From positions 25,918,001 through 25,982,000 of the forward strand of contig NC_086097.1 of the NCBI RefSeq assembly GCF_963921235.1: a stretch of DNA of 64,000 nt, in the 5' to 3' direction. This stretch comes from Mobula hypostoma. Its lineage: Eukaryota. Positions 1 to 13,300 of this stretch are shown here, in pieces (position 1 is the stretch's first letter; each line of letters starts with the position of its first letter). The notes under the pieces are model-generated. The model worked only from the letters and a program-made list of their open reading frames with translations. It ran no database searches and was not told the origin of the DNA. The position numbers and the translations under genes are program-made.

Positions 1-629
1 GAGTCTTCCTAAATCAGGAGGCAAATGCAAGGCTTTAATGTGAAAAAGGCTGGAACCACAAAACTGCAAATAAGCTTAATGCTGTCAGTTCTGATTAGAG
101 ACCAGCTCCAGAAAAACCTGGCCCACAGTATTTGCCTTAGAAAGCAAACCACTTACAAGTCAACAGAATAACTTTGCTCATGCCCAGAAATTGGGTAAGA
201 TTTCCAAACTCTAAATTCCATAAGTTCCCATCTCAGATTTTTTTGCAGAGTTAAAATAAACCAACCCTTCTCAGGTTCTGAAACGTATGGTCAATAACAG
301 CCAAGATGTTTCCACTCACTTTGTGAATCTCAGAATAAGCTGCTGCTATTCAGCACATAGCAAGTGAAACTGTGTCCTCTGATGAGTTGGACACTGCCTG
401 CCAGATGGTTCTGTTTGTTTTAATTGTGGAAGTTTCTTTTTATAAACCTTCCTGTGCTAATACAAATTCAATAAATAGTATAAATATATCAAACAAAACA
501 CAGCATCCAAAATCCTCTGAATAAAGTGTCACGAGTTAGGACTACCCGTACACGATTACTCGCTCAAAAGACCTTATGCAGAACTAATCCACTACTTCAT
601 GTGATCATGCACTAACCATAATTCCTTAA

Positions 630-935
630 GTCACAGAAGTAGAATCAAGCCATTCAGCCCATCAAATCTGCTCTACTATTCCATCATGGCTGATTTATTA
701 TCCCTCTCAACACGATTCTTTTGCCTTCTCCCCGAAACCTTTGACGCCCTTACTAATCAAGAACCAAACAACTTCCACTTTAAATATACAAAATGACTCT
801 GCCTCCACAGCCATTTATGGAAATTAATTCCATGGATTCACCACCCTCTGGCTAAAGAAATTCTGCTTCATCTTTGTTCTGAAGGGAGGTCTTTCTATCC
901 TGAGGCAGTGCCCTCTTATCCTAGACTTCCTCACT
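630..935 (-). mobile_element. CR1 3' end fragment
   Basis: ttcaccaccctctggctaaagaaatt motif shared with other CR1 3' ends in the window. Confidence 0.7.
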
Positions 936-1245
936 ATCATGCAACAATTGAATTATTGGCAGAAGTGTTTAGGCAGGGTGACTGCAGGGGGGATTGAGGA
1001 GAACCACAAAACATAGATAAGTTTTTATCACAGAAACCTTACACAAATTGGTGGAGCTATGAACAATTTACGATTGATGCAGAAACACCTTGATACTACA
1101 GAGAAACCTGGAAGTATGATATAGGAACTTTCACCTTGTCATTCTCTGGAATGTTCAAGACTCACAACACTTATAAGGAATAAATCTGAAATTAGAGCCA
1201 AGCATGTTGACCACAGTTAAGCTCTGATATTCTTTAGGTTCTCAC

Positions 1246-1335
1246 CTTATCATACTGGCACACTACGACATTTTCTGTGTCAAACAGTTCTTGGCCTTCT
1301 TCATCACTAACATCATCTTCACTGTTCAGTGGCTC
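1246..1335 (-). CDS. GTF2A1: GTF2A1 coding exon 9 ([30 protein letters not shown])
   Basis: 90 nt, acceptor ctctcctag, donor gtgag; matches the vertebrate TFIIA beta segment. Confidence 0.97.
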
Positions 1336-4300
1336 CTAGGAGAGAATCAGAATAGACGATTAACCCACTTAAAATCAATTTCCACAAATCAATCAAGCCC
1401 AGTTAAATGGTGCAGTACACAAAGACACTCACAATATATGCCCTACAATCCTCAGAATCTTCCATTCCTCCTCTCTGCTCCCTCAAGCATTCCCTTTCCA
1501 ACCACCACTAATAACTGTGGTTTCAATTGCCACCGCCCTAGTCTGGAATTCCTATCTTGACCTCTCCGATGCCCAACGTTAACTGTTATATGGCTGATTA
1601 CACATATACAAAGCATCTTATTGAATTTCTAAACACAAGAGATTCTGCAGATGCTGGAAATCCAGAGTAACACAAAAAGTGCTGGAGAAACTCAGCAGGT
1701 CAGCAGCATCAATGAAAAGGAATAAAAAGCTGTGTTTTGGGCAGAGACCTTTAATCAGGACTGGAAAGGAAGGGTAGGAAGCCAAAATGATGATTTTCTT
1801 TTGTGTTCAAGATACTATTTAAAGCAGTTTGGTAAGTAATAACTGCAGTTTGATAATGGAACATCCGCTTTTCACATATCCATTACAACATTTTGACTCT
1901 GCACTATCTTGAAATAAAACAATAGTACTACTTCTGCAAAGAAAATTCCTGTCACAATACATGCCATCTATTTACTCGCAATATTGTACCAAAGATGTAG
2001 ATTTTACAGGAACTGTGGTTCAGAGCCATACACAGCTTTTTGTTAAAAAAACGCTTTGAATGTAGCTTTCAGAGATTCACAGAAAATACACTCTTTAAGT
2101 TCCCTAACTTCAGACTTAAATAGGGGAGCGGGAGCCACCTAGTGCATATGTGAGACTTAATTACTAGCAGCCATATACTAACTTTGCAATGACACCATTA
2201 AATTGCCTGAGGCAGATGAACCAAAAAATGTTTTAAACGAGAAAGAAAAAGGTGATTTTCCATTTATCGTTAACACGGGCATACCATTTTGCTATATGTG
2301 AAAAGCATTGAGCATTCAATACAAAATGAGTAATCTGAAATGTCACCACTAAACGAATCACAAGCTTTCACCCCTGTGCATCATCCTGGATCACAATCAA
2401 GAAAGAACAAGGTAGTCATGTGAAAAATTATACAGAAACAGCCACATACATTGATTTCTGTATTGTCAGAATAATGACAACAGAAGTTCTTTTAGTTACC
2501 ATGAAAAATGAAAATTAATCACCATATTCTGATGGAGAATTTAGAATATAGTGGATGACTGCACCTTCAGACAAATAACACAGACCTTAATAATGCAAAT
2601 TCCAAATTCCTGAAGACTTATGGACTACAGAGCTCTTCTATACTTAGCAATAATGAGCCATGATACAGCCTAGTTTTTTTTCAATAAATTTTCTACAGTG
2701 TAGTATTCATTTCTAAACATTGTGCACATCTTGCAGATGTCCAATTTATGAACTTTATAACATACACTCAGTGGCCTCTTTATTAGGTACACCAGTACAC
2801 CTACTCATTAATGCAAATACCTAATCATCCAATCATGTGGCAGCAATTGAACGCATAAAAGCATGCAGACATCGTGAAGGGGTTCAGTTTTATTCAAACC
2901 AAACATCAAAATGGGAAAGGATAGTGATGTAAGTGACTTTGACCACGGCCGTTAGTGCCAGATGGCAAGGTTTGAGTATTTCAGAAACTGCTGATCATCT
3001 GGGATTTTTTAATGTACAACATTCTCCAGTATTTAGAGACAAAACACATCCAGTGAGCGTCAGTTCTATAGGCAAAAATGCCTTGCTAATGAGAGGGTCA
3101 GAGGAAAATGGTCAGACTGACTCAAGCTGACGGGACGGCGAGAGTAAGTCAAATAACCATGTGTTGTAATAGCGGTGTGCAGAAGAGCATCTCTGAACAA
3201 AATGTCAAAAATTTAAATGGATAGGCTACAGCAGCAGAAGACCATGAACATATATACTCAGTGGCCACTTTATTAAGTACAGGAGATACCCTAATAAAGT
3301 GGCCACTGAATGTATATCCCTTAGGGCCAATTGATTTGATAACTTGGTAATTTACCATTTATTAACTACTCAGGCTTTGAGACACATAAAAGTAAATTCT
3401 ACATAAATCATAATACATAAATAGTTGCCACATTCCTCTTCAATGAAACCTAGCCACAGTTCCCATAATCTTTCTGGTGAATGCATAAGTGTTGATTTTA
3501 CAATTCTAATACCACAGCTTTGATTTTATCTCTTCACAGAAAACAGATAATCGATTTCCTGTTTTCCTAAATAACTAAATTGTGGCCTTTGATTGGTTTC
3601 GGTTTATCAAGCACAGCCAAACAACCATTTTGGAAATACATGTACTATACTGTATATATTTAGACCATCTGCATTACATTATGCATAATGCCTTTCACCC
3701 CCAACATGAAGGCCTTGTCCAACAATCCAAAAACATCAATTTCACAAACACAAGAGATTTTGCAGATACTGGAAATCTGTCTTGATGAAGGATCTCAGCT
3801 CAAAATGTCAACAATTCATTTCCCTCCATAAACGCTGCTGAACTGCCATTTCCCTCTGCGTTTCATTTTTAGATTATTTTAAGCAGGTTTCAAGTGACAA
3901 ATAAAGACACTTCTGTATTTTGTTTTAAGTATTGATAGTTATGTTCTCACCAGGGCTATTTCAGAAAAGGATCTGCATTTCTATAGTACTTTTGATAGCA
4001 TTCTGCAGTCAATGAAATACCGGTAAAGTGTTCCCAGTCAATTCACAGGAGTAATGGAAGTGTGCCCACAAATTGAATCACAGTAACCTTCCACAACAGA
4101 CAATGACTGCATAATTATTTTTTTTTTAATTTAGCTTTGTCACATGTACCAAAAATACAAACAATGTGTTTTTGCATCAATGCCCAATGAAGTCCGTGGA
4201 TGTGCTGGGGACAGCCTGCAAGTGTCGCCATGTTTCTGGCGTCAACATAACGTGCCCACGACTTACTAACCAGTACACCTTTGGAAGGTGGGAGGAAACT

Positions 4301-7300
4301 GAAGCACCCAGAGGAAACCTATGCAGTCACAAGGAGAACATATAAACTCCTTAGAGAAAGCGGTGGGAACTGATCACTGTCGATTAAGGATTAAATATTG
4401 GCTAGTACATCAAGTCCCCTATCCTTTATTGAAATAGTGGAATATTTTACATTCTCCAGAGATACATTCTGCACCTCTTTTTGTTTTCTCAACCAAAACA
4501 AGGCATTTTTATTTCTAAACACAAAAGATTCTGCAGATGCTGGAAATCAAGAACAACACACTAAATGCTGGAGGAAGTCAGCATGTCAAGCAAAATGTAC
4601 GAGGGGGTGGAATAAATAATTGATGTTTCAGGAGGAAACCCTTCATCAAGACTGGAAGGGGGGGGGGGAAAGAAGCCAGAATAAGGTGTGGGGCAGGGGA
4701 AGAGGAGGGTGATAAGTGAAGGGGAAGGTAGATGGGTGGGAGGTGGGATGAAGTGAGAAGCTGGGAGATGATAGGTGAAAAGGGTAAAGGGTTGAAGTAG
4801 TAATCTGATATCATAGGAGAAAGGGAAGGAGGAGGTGCACTAGAAAGAGATGATGAGACAGAATAAGAGGGAAGCTGAAATGGGGAATGGAAATGGAGAG
4901 AAAGAAGGGCTAGAGATTGGAGAAATTACCAGAATTTGGAAAAAAATCGACACTATTCCTTCAGTGCTACATTGCAGGGTCACTGCATCTTATGCTCTAA
5001 TGGGACCTAATAATGTAACTTCTAGATTCAGGTTATAAACATGACAAAACATTACCTCTTCAACTTGTCCATCCTCTCCAACCTCTTCCTTGTCTTTCTC
5101 TTCTTCCTCATCATCATACTCATCCTCTTCATCATCCTCATCTTCCTCAGAGGAGGTGTCCCCGGACCCATCTACTTGCATGACTAAAGGTGGCTGTTGC
5201 TGCTGCGGCTGTTGTTGCTGCTGCTGTTGTTGTACTGGGGCAGAGCTGTTGGTCTGAGCAACCTGTGCTGAAGGCGTTGCCGTAACAGTGGTCGCTTGCA
5301 TTACCTATAAAGTTCATTATTAAAACAGTCGTTTACTTTTCAGTCATTATTATTATAAATGGTTTAACGAATTTTTTTTGGTTCAACGAAGAGTAAATAT
5401 ATGAGGAGCTCTGGGTCGCTACTTGCTAGAGATTGGAAGAATGCCGGGGAATCTCATTGACACCTATCAAATATTGAAACGTCTAGATAGAGAAGACAAG
5501 GAGTGAATGTTTCCAATAATGGGAGAGTCTACGACCAGAGGGCACAGCCTCAGAATACAAAGACATTCCTTTTAAATAGAAATGAGGGGTAATTTCTTTA
5601 GCCAGAGATGGTGAATCCGTAGAATTCATTGCCACAGATGACCATGGAGGGCAAGTCACTGGGTATATTTAAAGCAGAGGTTGATAGGTTCTTGATTGAC
5701 AAGGGTGTCAAAGGTTACAGGGAGAAGGGCTGAGAGGGATAATAAATAAACCTTGCTGGAATGGAAGAGCAAATTCAATTGGCCAAACTGTGTAATTCTG
5801 CTCTTATGTCTTATGGCCTAACAAATGGATTAAAAGGTGGCATCCACCATTAAGGAACTTCACCACACAGGCCATGCTCCCATCAGGGAGGAGATCAGCA
5901 AGGATAATATATATTTTTAAATTATAATTTATAGTACGTGTTATACATTGCACTGCTGCCTCACAGCAAATTTCAAGACACATGTCAGTGATAATAAGCC
6001 TGAGCTCCGGTTCTGTTATAATAAACCCTCATGTGGCACACAGAACACACTGGCTCTCCTGTGTCTACTTTGCAGATAAACTTCAAAAAACTTCAAAGTC
6101 GCACTTAACTTCCATTCATAAACTTTTCTTCCCAGCCAATTAATGTTTTAAGGCTTTTGGTGTCAGAAGGTGAGTAAATCAGCATGGATTTCAAGGCTTT
6201 GGCATGCTTTTGCAGCCGCAGTATTTGGTTAACTGTTCCATTTCAGTTTCTAACCTCTTTGACAGTAATACCAATGAATATTAAAAGTAGGTGGCTAGAC
6301 GCTCTCTTGGAGAATATCATTGCCCGTGGCGTGACGATAACTTTGTTACTTTATCAGCATAAGCCTGAATGTTATCTATGGAATTCATATCTCTAGTCCA
6401 TGGCCATGTTTGAACAGAAACCACGATGAAGTATGAAGCAAAGTTGTTCAACCGTAAACCAAACTGGGCATTGGTGAGCACATTATTGGAGAGCGAGTGC
6501 CACTTGGTAGCATCAGCAAGGTTATTTTTTAGATGACTAAGAGGTAATTAGACAGAATTAATTTGTTCTGCTTCATGTGATCAGGGTATGGCTGGGTGAT
6601 TTTTCATATTGCCAGGTACACGCCAACACTGTAACTGAACTGAAATTAATTGGGCTAGAGGTACAGGTAATTCTGAGGGACAGGGCTTTAGTACTATAGC
6701 AGGGATATTGTTCCAGAGTCTTTACTGTATCCCAGCCATTTCTTGATATTGCATGAAGCAAGTTGAATTTGCTGAAGATTGGCTTCTGTGATAGCAGGAA
6801 ACTCCCAATGAGTATACTGCTCATCTAAGCTTTTAATGAAAGGTATACCTGTGTATTTGAAGGAACTTTATTCCCTGCAACCAGGATCTGCTGGGGCTGG
6901 ATAATCACTCCAGTCTGTTGAGGGATGGTTCCAGGTGGCAGTGGAGCAAGCATCTATATAGAGAGAGATTAGATCAGACTTTCCAATCCCTTGTCTTAAT
7001 AATAATGCAAATTAGAAGCCTTATCTTGCTAAAAAGGTAAAACAGCATTATATTTTTATTAATCTGAAGTATATCTGACTGAAACTATAAATAAGGTAGA
7101 TCAATCCACAATTCCAGAACCTTGTTACTCCCTTATTTTCATGACATACTTTTGGAATTTATAGTAATTTTATTTCATTGCACTGTACTGTTGCAGCAGA
7201 ACAACAAATTTCATGTCATACAAGTCAATGATAATGAATCCGATTCTGATTAACATATAGCATTACATAAATTGAGGCAAAATACATAACTCCCCTTACA

Positions 7301-10300
7301 TATTATACACTTACAAATAGCATTAAAAATTACAAAGATCAAAAAGAATCACAGCATAACTAAAATCAATGACAGGAATTTATGCTTCATTCAAAACCAC
7401 CAAATAAAATTATCCAGTTCTTTGCTAACATGGATTGATAACTTTGTCTGCTAGGGAACTAATCAGCTATACGAACCTGCTGTATGACAGGTGCCTGCAC
7501 ACTGCCAGACTGCATCTGTTGAATGACCTGTTGCTGAGTAACTGACTGGGCCAGTACAACTTGCTGGTGAGGCTGGATAAAGTAATGAGCCCCATTGGGG
7601 GTTCGTACAAACTGCAGCAGTTGCCCTGGGGAGAAACAAATATCAATATACAGGTTATACCAAGGAATTTAGTTATGACTCTCCACTTTCAATCCCTATC
7701 ATAGGACCATAGAGCCAAATGTAGACCTTACTGTCTCTATCTCGACTTCCAAAAAAACTATCCAAATTAGTCCTACTTCCTTTCCCCTCATCTTTACAAA
7801 CTTCTACACCTTTTCAAAGTGCTTCTCCTCGTCTTTCTCCAGCAGTTTATTCCAGGTGTGTTGCAAGTGCTTCAGCACAAAGGCTAACTGCAAAGTAATA
7901 ATATTCAGGCCCTGGTCCAGACCTATTCCATCACATCTCACCTTCCACACAAAGTACTGCTGAGGGTTAGATGGATTAAAATCTTATTTAAGTTGCAAGG
8001 CACATTTACAAAATGTAGGATGACAGTTCAAAATAAAAGCACAAGTTTAGTTCTCAAGCAGTCATCAAACAAGGTAGTGATGGCATAAACTAGCCATCTG
8101 TGGTGCTGCTTATGATAATGGCAACACATCGCAACTCAAGAGGATGGTGAGCGTGTGGAATGAGCTGCCAGTGAAAGTAGTGAATGTGGGTTCAATTTAA
8201 GCATTTAAGGGAATATGATTAAAAACATGGATGGGTGGGTTATGGAGGTTATGTTCAGATCCAGGTTATTAGGACTAGGCAGAATAATAGCACAGCATAG
8301 ACTAGATGGGCTAGAGGCCCTGTTTCTGTGCTGTAGCGCCATGGGAATCTGTATGCCAATGCTACTGGTAGAACCAAACTTTAGACTAGAGTTAAATGTG
8401 CTTGCACTACTGAGGATACTCTCCATCATTTTTCTAATGACCAAAAGGTAATTAGTGCCACAATTAGTTCTATTTCCAGATCACTGATACATTCTGGTCG
8501 CGTCACTCTCCTGAAAACATGGCGTCCTTTTCTGTATTGGAAAAAGTAAACTTCAACATAAACAAAAGCCTCGTGCTTGGACCTGCTGTTACCTGTATTT
8601 GTAAGTATTGGTCCATTAGAAAGCTGGTATGGAGCTGGAACACCAGCAGGTAATGCCAGCGTTGCTGCAGCAGCAGCTGCGCTCTGCAAAAGAAATTACA
8701 AGAATTTTATTTGACTGACAAAAGTAATCAAAAGAAGAGGTCCCTTTAGACACGGTGCAGAAACAAATCAGGCTGGATTGTGGTGACATACACATTTGCA
8801 CTATGGTGAAACAGGCATTTTGTAAAGTTGTAGACTTTTGCAGAATTATGCAACAAATGTCAGCAAGACCAAAGAGCTGATTATTGACTATTAGAGGAGG
8901 AAACCAGAGGTCCATGAGCCAGTCATCATCAGGGAATCAGAGGTGGAGATGTCAGTAACTTTAAATTCTTCGGTATTATCATTTCAGAGGATCTATCCTG
9001 GGTCCAGCAAGTAACTGCCTTTACGAGGGGTGATTGATAAGTTTGTGGCCTAAGGTAGAAGGAGTCAATTTTAGAAAACCTAGCACGTTTATTTTTCAAC
9101 ATTGTCCCCTCCAACATGTACACACTTAGTCCAGCGGTCATGGAGCATATGGATCTCTTCTTTGTAGAAGAGGTCCACAGCAGGGGTGATTGATAAGTTC
9201 GTGGCCTAAGGTAGAAGGAGATGGGTTATACAGCTCTCATTACATGCACGTGCAGTTCAACTCTGAGTGATTATGCAGAAAGTTTGGTGTTAATAACTCA
9301 ACTCCTTCTACCTTAGGGCACAAATTTATCAATCACCCCCGCTGTGGACCACTTCTGGAGGTCCAAGAAGCTGACTTCTACAAAGAAGGGATATGATGAC
9401 TTGTGCCATGCGCCTGCGAGGGTAGAAATAGGATGATTTGGCAGACAAATATGCAGCTGAGGAACTGGTGCAGGGACAGGGTTTCAGGTACTTGGATCAT
9501 TGGGATCTCTTCTGGGTGAGGTATGACCTGTATAAAAGGGATGGGTTGCACTTGAACCTGAGGGGGACTAATATTCTCGCAGACAGGTTTGCTAGAGGTG
9601 TTAGGGAGGGCTTAAACTAATTTGGCAGGGGGGTGGGAACTGGAATGAAGGGACTCAGATTAGGATGAATGGTAAAAAGGCAAAGCTAGCGTGCAGTCAG
9701 ATGATAGGACATAACTGCAGCCAACAGGGTGATTATCAGTGCATTAGGGATACAGAATCAAAAAGGGTTCCCCTAAAACAAAACAAAAAATTTGAATTCC
9801 TTACAAATTTAACAGCAATACTGAAAAGCCAATGGATTTCATTCAGCAAAAGGGAGAAAACTTCAAATCTGTAGTTCTTCTATAAAAAGATGTTTCCCAA
9901 AATGCAGAAGTTTTTAAATCAAGAGTAATGGTGATTTTTGAGCAGTACTGGGACTCATTTGAAAGAAGTCACCAGGATACACTCTGCAGATATTAAACAA
10001 AGTTGAAATCAACTCTCTTAGCCTTTATTCTCCCAAGAGCCAATTAGAAAAATTGGCTGATTATAATTTTATAGTAAAAAGCTAATGCAACTTTAAAAGG
10101 TAGACAACTAGGGCCATGTGCCCTCATGTGGCCATAACCAAACGAGCATGCCAAACTAAATAATGCCCGAGTTGTGAAGACGACAGCATTCTGGCACGAG
10201 AATGCAAAAATCAGTGAAACAGAGGCACTGATGGGCAGCTTTACACTTTCACAGAATTACTCAAAGGCCGCAGTAAAAACGAGTCAATTCCCATAAAGAA

Positions 10301-13300
10301 AGAAGCTCTGAGAAACTTAAGTAATCAACAAGCACATGAATGACTATAAAATATCCTGTCAGTAATCCTCCCCCATCAGGTCTTGTGGGAATTGTCTCAC
10401 TAAAACCCAAACCCCTTCAGGATTAGAGATGATCAATAAAGCTGCCAAGGAACAAACAAAAGAATATTCTTACCATGCCAGTTGGATTCATGTGCTGTAT
10501 TAGTTTCCCATCTTGCATAATAACCTGCGGTCCTGATTGATGAGAAGATGAGAAAACTATGGGATAAATTGTGCAAAGTGAAATACTGCAATTAGTGCAG
10601 TGGATTCCAGTTAATTGGGACACATCAGGGCCAGTACAATTTGGCCAAATTAAACAGCTGTCCCATTAAGCCGAAGTTGCATGGAAATAGTTAGAAAGGT
10701 ATAAAACAGATATACTACAATTTAACTAAGTAACAAATTAAGTATTTAAATGAAATACTGAATAAATTAGAATACCACCAAAGCTACTACCACACTATAA
10801 AACTGTATTAGTTCCCAATAGTTATCGGAGGTATTTACAATGATTGACTAAATGAAAATCAGAGCAAACACGTAACACAGAAAATATACTGCCTTCATAC
10901 AATGCGATTGATTTTTGCATCCTCCAAATCTTGTCTTATTGTAACATACAAGATAATTATCAATACCTTCAAAGTCTTCACAGTTCCTACTTGAAGTAGT
11001 GTAATTGTTTTATTTTCACTCCCAGCCATTTCTGGCATCTCCAAGCCTGAATGCTTGAAACCGTAGTGAGCAAAACAATTCTGAATTGTCTTACTGTTTA
11101 TTTGTCACCAATCATCAGTGACAAAAATCACTGCTTTTTGAACACAAACACATGCAAATGACGATATTTTACAAATGTTCACTCCATGTACGATGTAGTG
11201 TCTAACGGCCATACAAGAGCATGTGAATGATGCTAGTTAAAAACTGATCGGCCAGTATCCTGTCCAAATTAAGCAGCATAGTGTCCCAAATAAACAAAGG
11301 GAATCTTGGCAATTTTCTCAATTAGTTTTTGTTCTTTAAACGCTACCCCAAATCCGTAGTTGCCCAAATTGACTGATGCCAGCATCCACCGTACTTGATT
11401 TTTTTTTAAAAGCATCCATTAGTCTCATGAGACCATAGATTTGTGCCTTGGAAGGTTTCCAGGGCGCAGGCCTGGGCAAGGTTGTATGGAAGAACAGCAG
11501 TTGCCCATGCTGCAAGTCTCCCCTCTCCACGCCACCGATGTTGTCCAAGGGAAGGGCACTAGGGCCGATACAGCTTGGCACTGGTGTCGTCACAGAGCAT
11601 CATGTGGTTAAGTGCCTTGCTCAAGGACACAACACGCTGCCTCAGCTGAGGCTCGAACTAGCGACCTTCAGATCACTAGATCAACGCCTTAACCACTTGG
11701 CCACGCACCAACACTATACTTGTAAGTATGAATAATCTCCACAGCTGAGTTGTACTGGTGATCCCATTTTTTTTTTCCAAAGTCCCACATACTACACTGG
11801 CAGCAGCAACAGCTGGAACTTAGTCAAAATATTGTGTCACTGAAGTAACCGCCTTGTCCATGAACAGTTTATTAATGATTATGGAAGGTAATTGAGGCTA
11901 TCCCAGAAAATGGTAACAGAACATTTTACAATTACTTTTCTCCTCTCCTTCTCAAGCAGCACAGCAGTCTACAGATTACAAGGAGCAGTTTGTTCACTGG
12001 ATCTTTGGCTACCCTGAGATATTACTCTCAAAAAGAGGATCAACAGAAAGGATTATGCCTTCTAATTGGCAAAAAAAAATTACTTCTACCCACTACATCC
12101 AAAATTACCAGGTGGGTTAAAGTTACCTTCATGCCTAAGCTAAAGGATGGCAATGATATTGAGCTAGGACTGTGGTATTTTTTTTTAATAATAAGGATAA
12201 CCATTACCAGTAGTTTAGTCTGGGAAGAGGCTAGTTCCCGTAAGGAACAAGAGAAAATATTTTCATTTAAAATTACTATATTTCATTAAAATAATTTATC
12301 ATTTATGTCATAAACCTATGAGAACCTGCAGAGACACATACAGTAAACACAAGAGTTTCTGCAGATGATGAAAATCTTGAGAGGCAAACACAAAATGCTG
12401 GAGAAGCTCAGCAAGTCAGGCAGCATCTATGGAGAGGAACAGACAGTCAACATTTCGGTTGAGACCTTTCCTCGGGGCTATCCTGATGAGGGGTCTGGGC
12501 CCAAGACATGCATAATCTTTTAAAATTATTCAGATGCAGTACGAGATGACAGGGACAAGTTGCAGTGGTTGCGTCTCTGGCACCGAGATGGGACCTTCAA
12601 CTCAGAAGGGAAGGAGGGAAAAGAGGAGATCAGTAGTGATAGGGGATTCGATAGTTAGGGGGGCAGATAAGAGGTTCTGTGGAAGAGATCGAGAATCCCA
12701 GATGGTCCGCTGCCTCCCTGGTGCCAAGGTCCACGATATCTCGGATCGAGTTCTCGGTATTCTCAAGAGGGAGGGTGAGCAGCCGGATGTCGTGGTCCAT
12801 GTAGGGACCAATGACGTGGGTAGGAAGAGTGAGGAGGTCCTGAAGGGTGAGTTTAGGGAGTTAGGCACCAAGTTAAAGAACAGGACCTCCAGGACAGCAA
12901 TCTCAGGATTGCTACCAGTGCCACGTGCAGGCGGGTTTAGAAATAGTAAGATAGCGCAAATAAACATGTGGCTGAAGACATGGTGCACGAGGGAGGGCCT
13001 CAGATTTATAGTTTTTCCAGGGAAGGTGGAACCTGTTCCAGCGGGACGGTCTACATCTAAACTGGAGGGGAACAAATATTCTTGCAGGTAGGTTTGCTAG
13101 AGGTGCTTCGGTGGATTTAACTAGATAGGAGGGGGGGAGGGAACCAGAGTGTAGGAACAGATGTAGGGAAGAAGGAAGAAAAAGAAAATTGTAAAGTTGT
13201 TTGCACTGTTAGTGATAAACAGAGAATAAGAGATGAAAAATTTCTTAAATGCATTTATTTTAATGCTAGGAGCATTATAAGAAAGGTGGATGAGCTTAAA

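Noticed and set aside
2132..2146. CTCF-like motif (minus strand GCACTAGGTGGC)
   Set aside because: A single imperfect short match is expected by chance in 64 kb.
10164..10237. tRNA gene call for the cloverleaf
   Set aside because: No T-loop, D-loop or 7-nt anticodon loop consensus; stem lengths do not fit.
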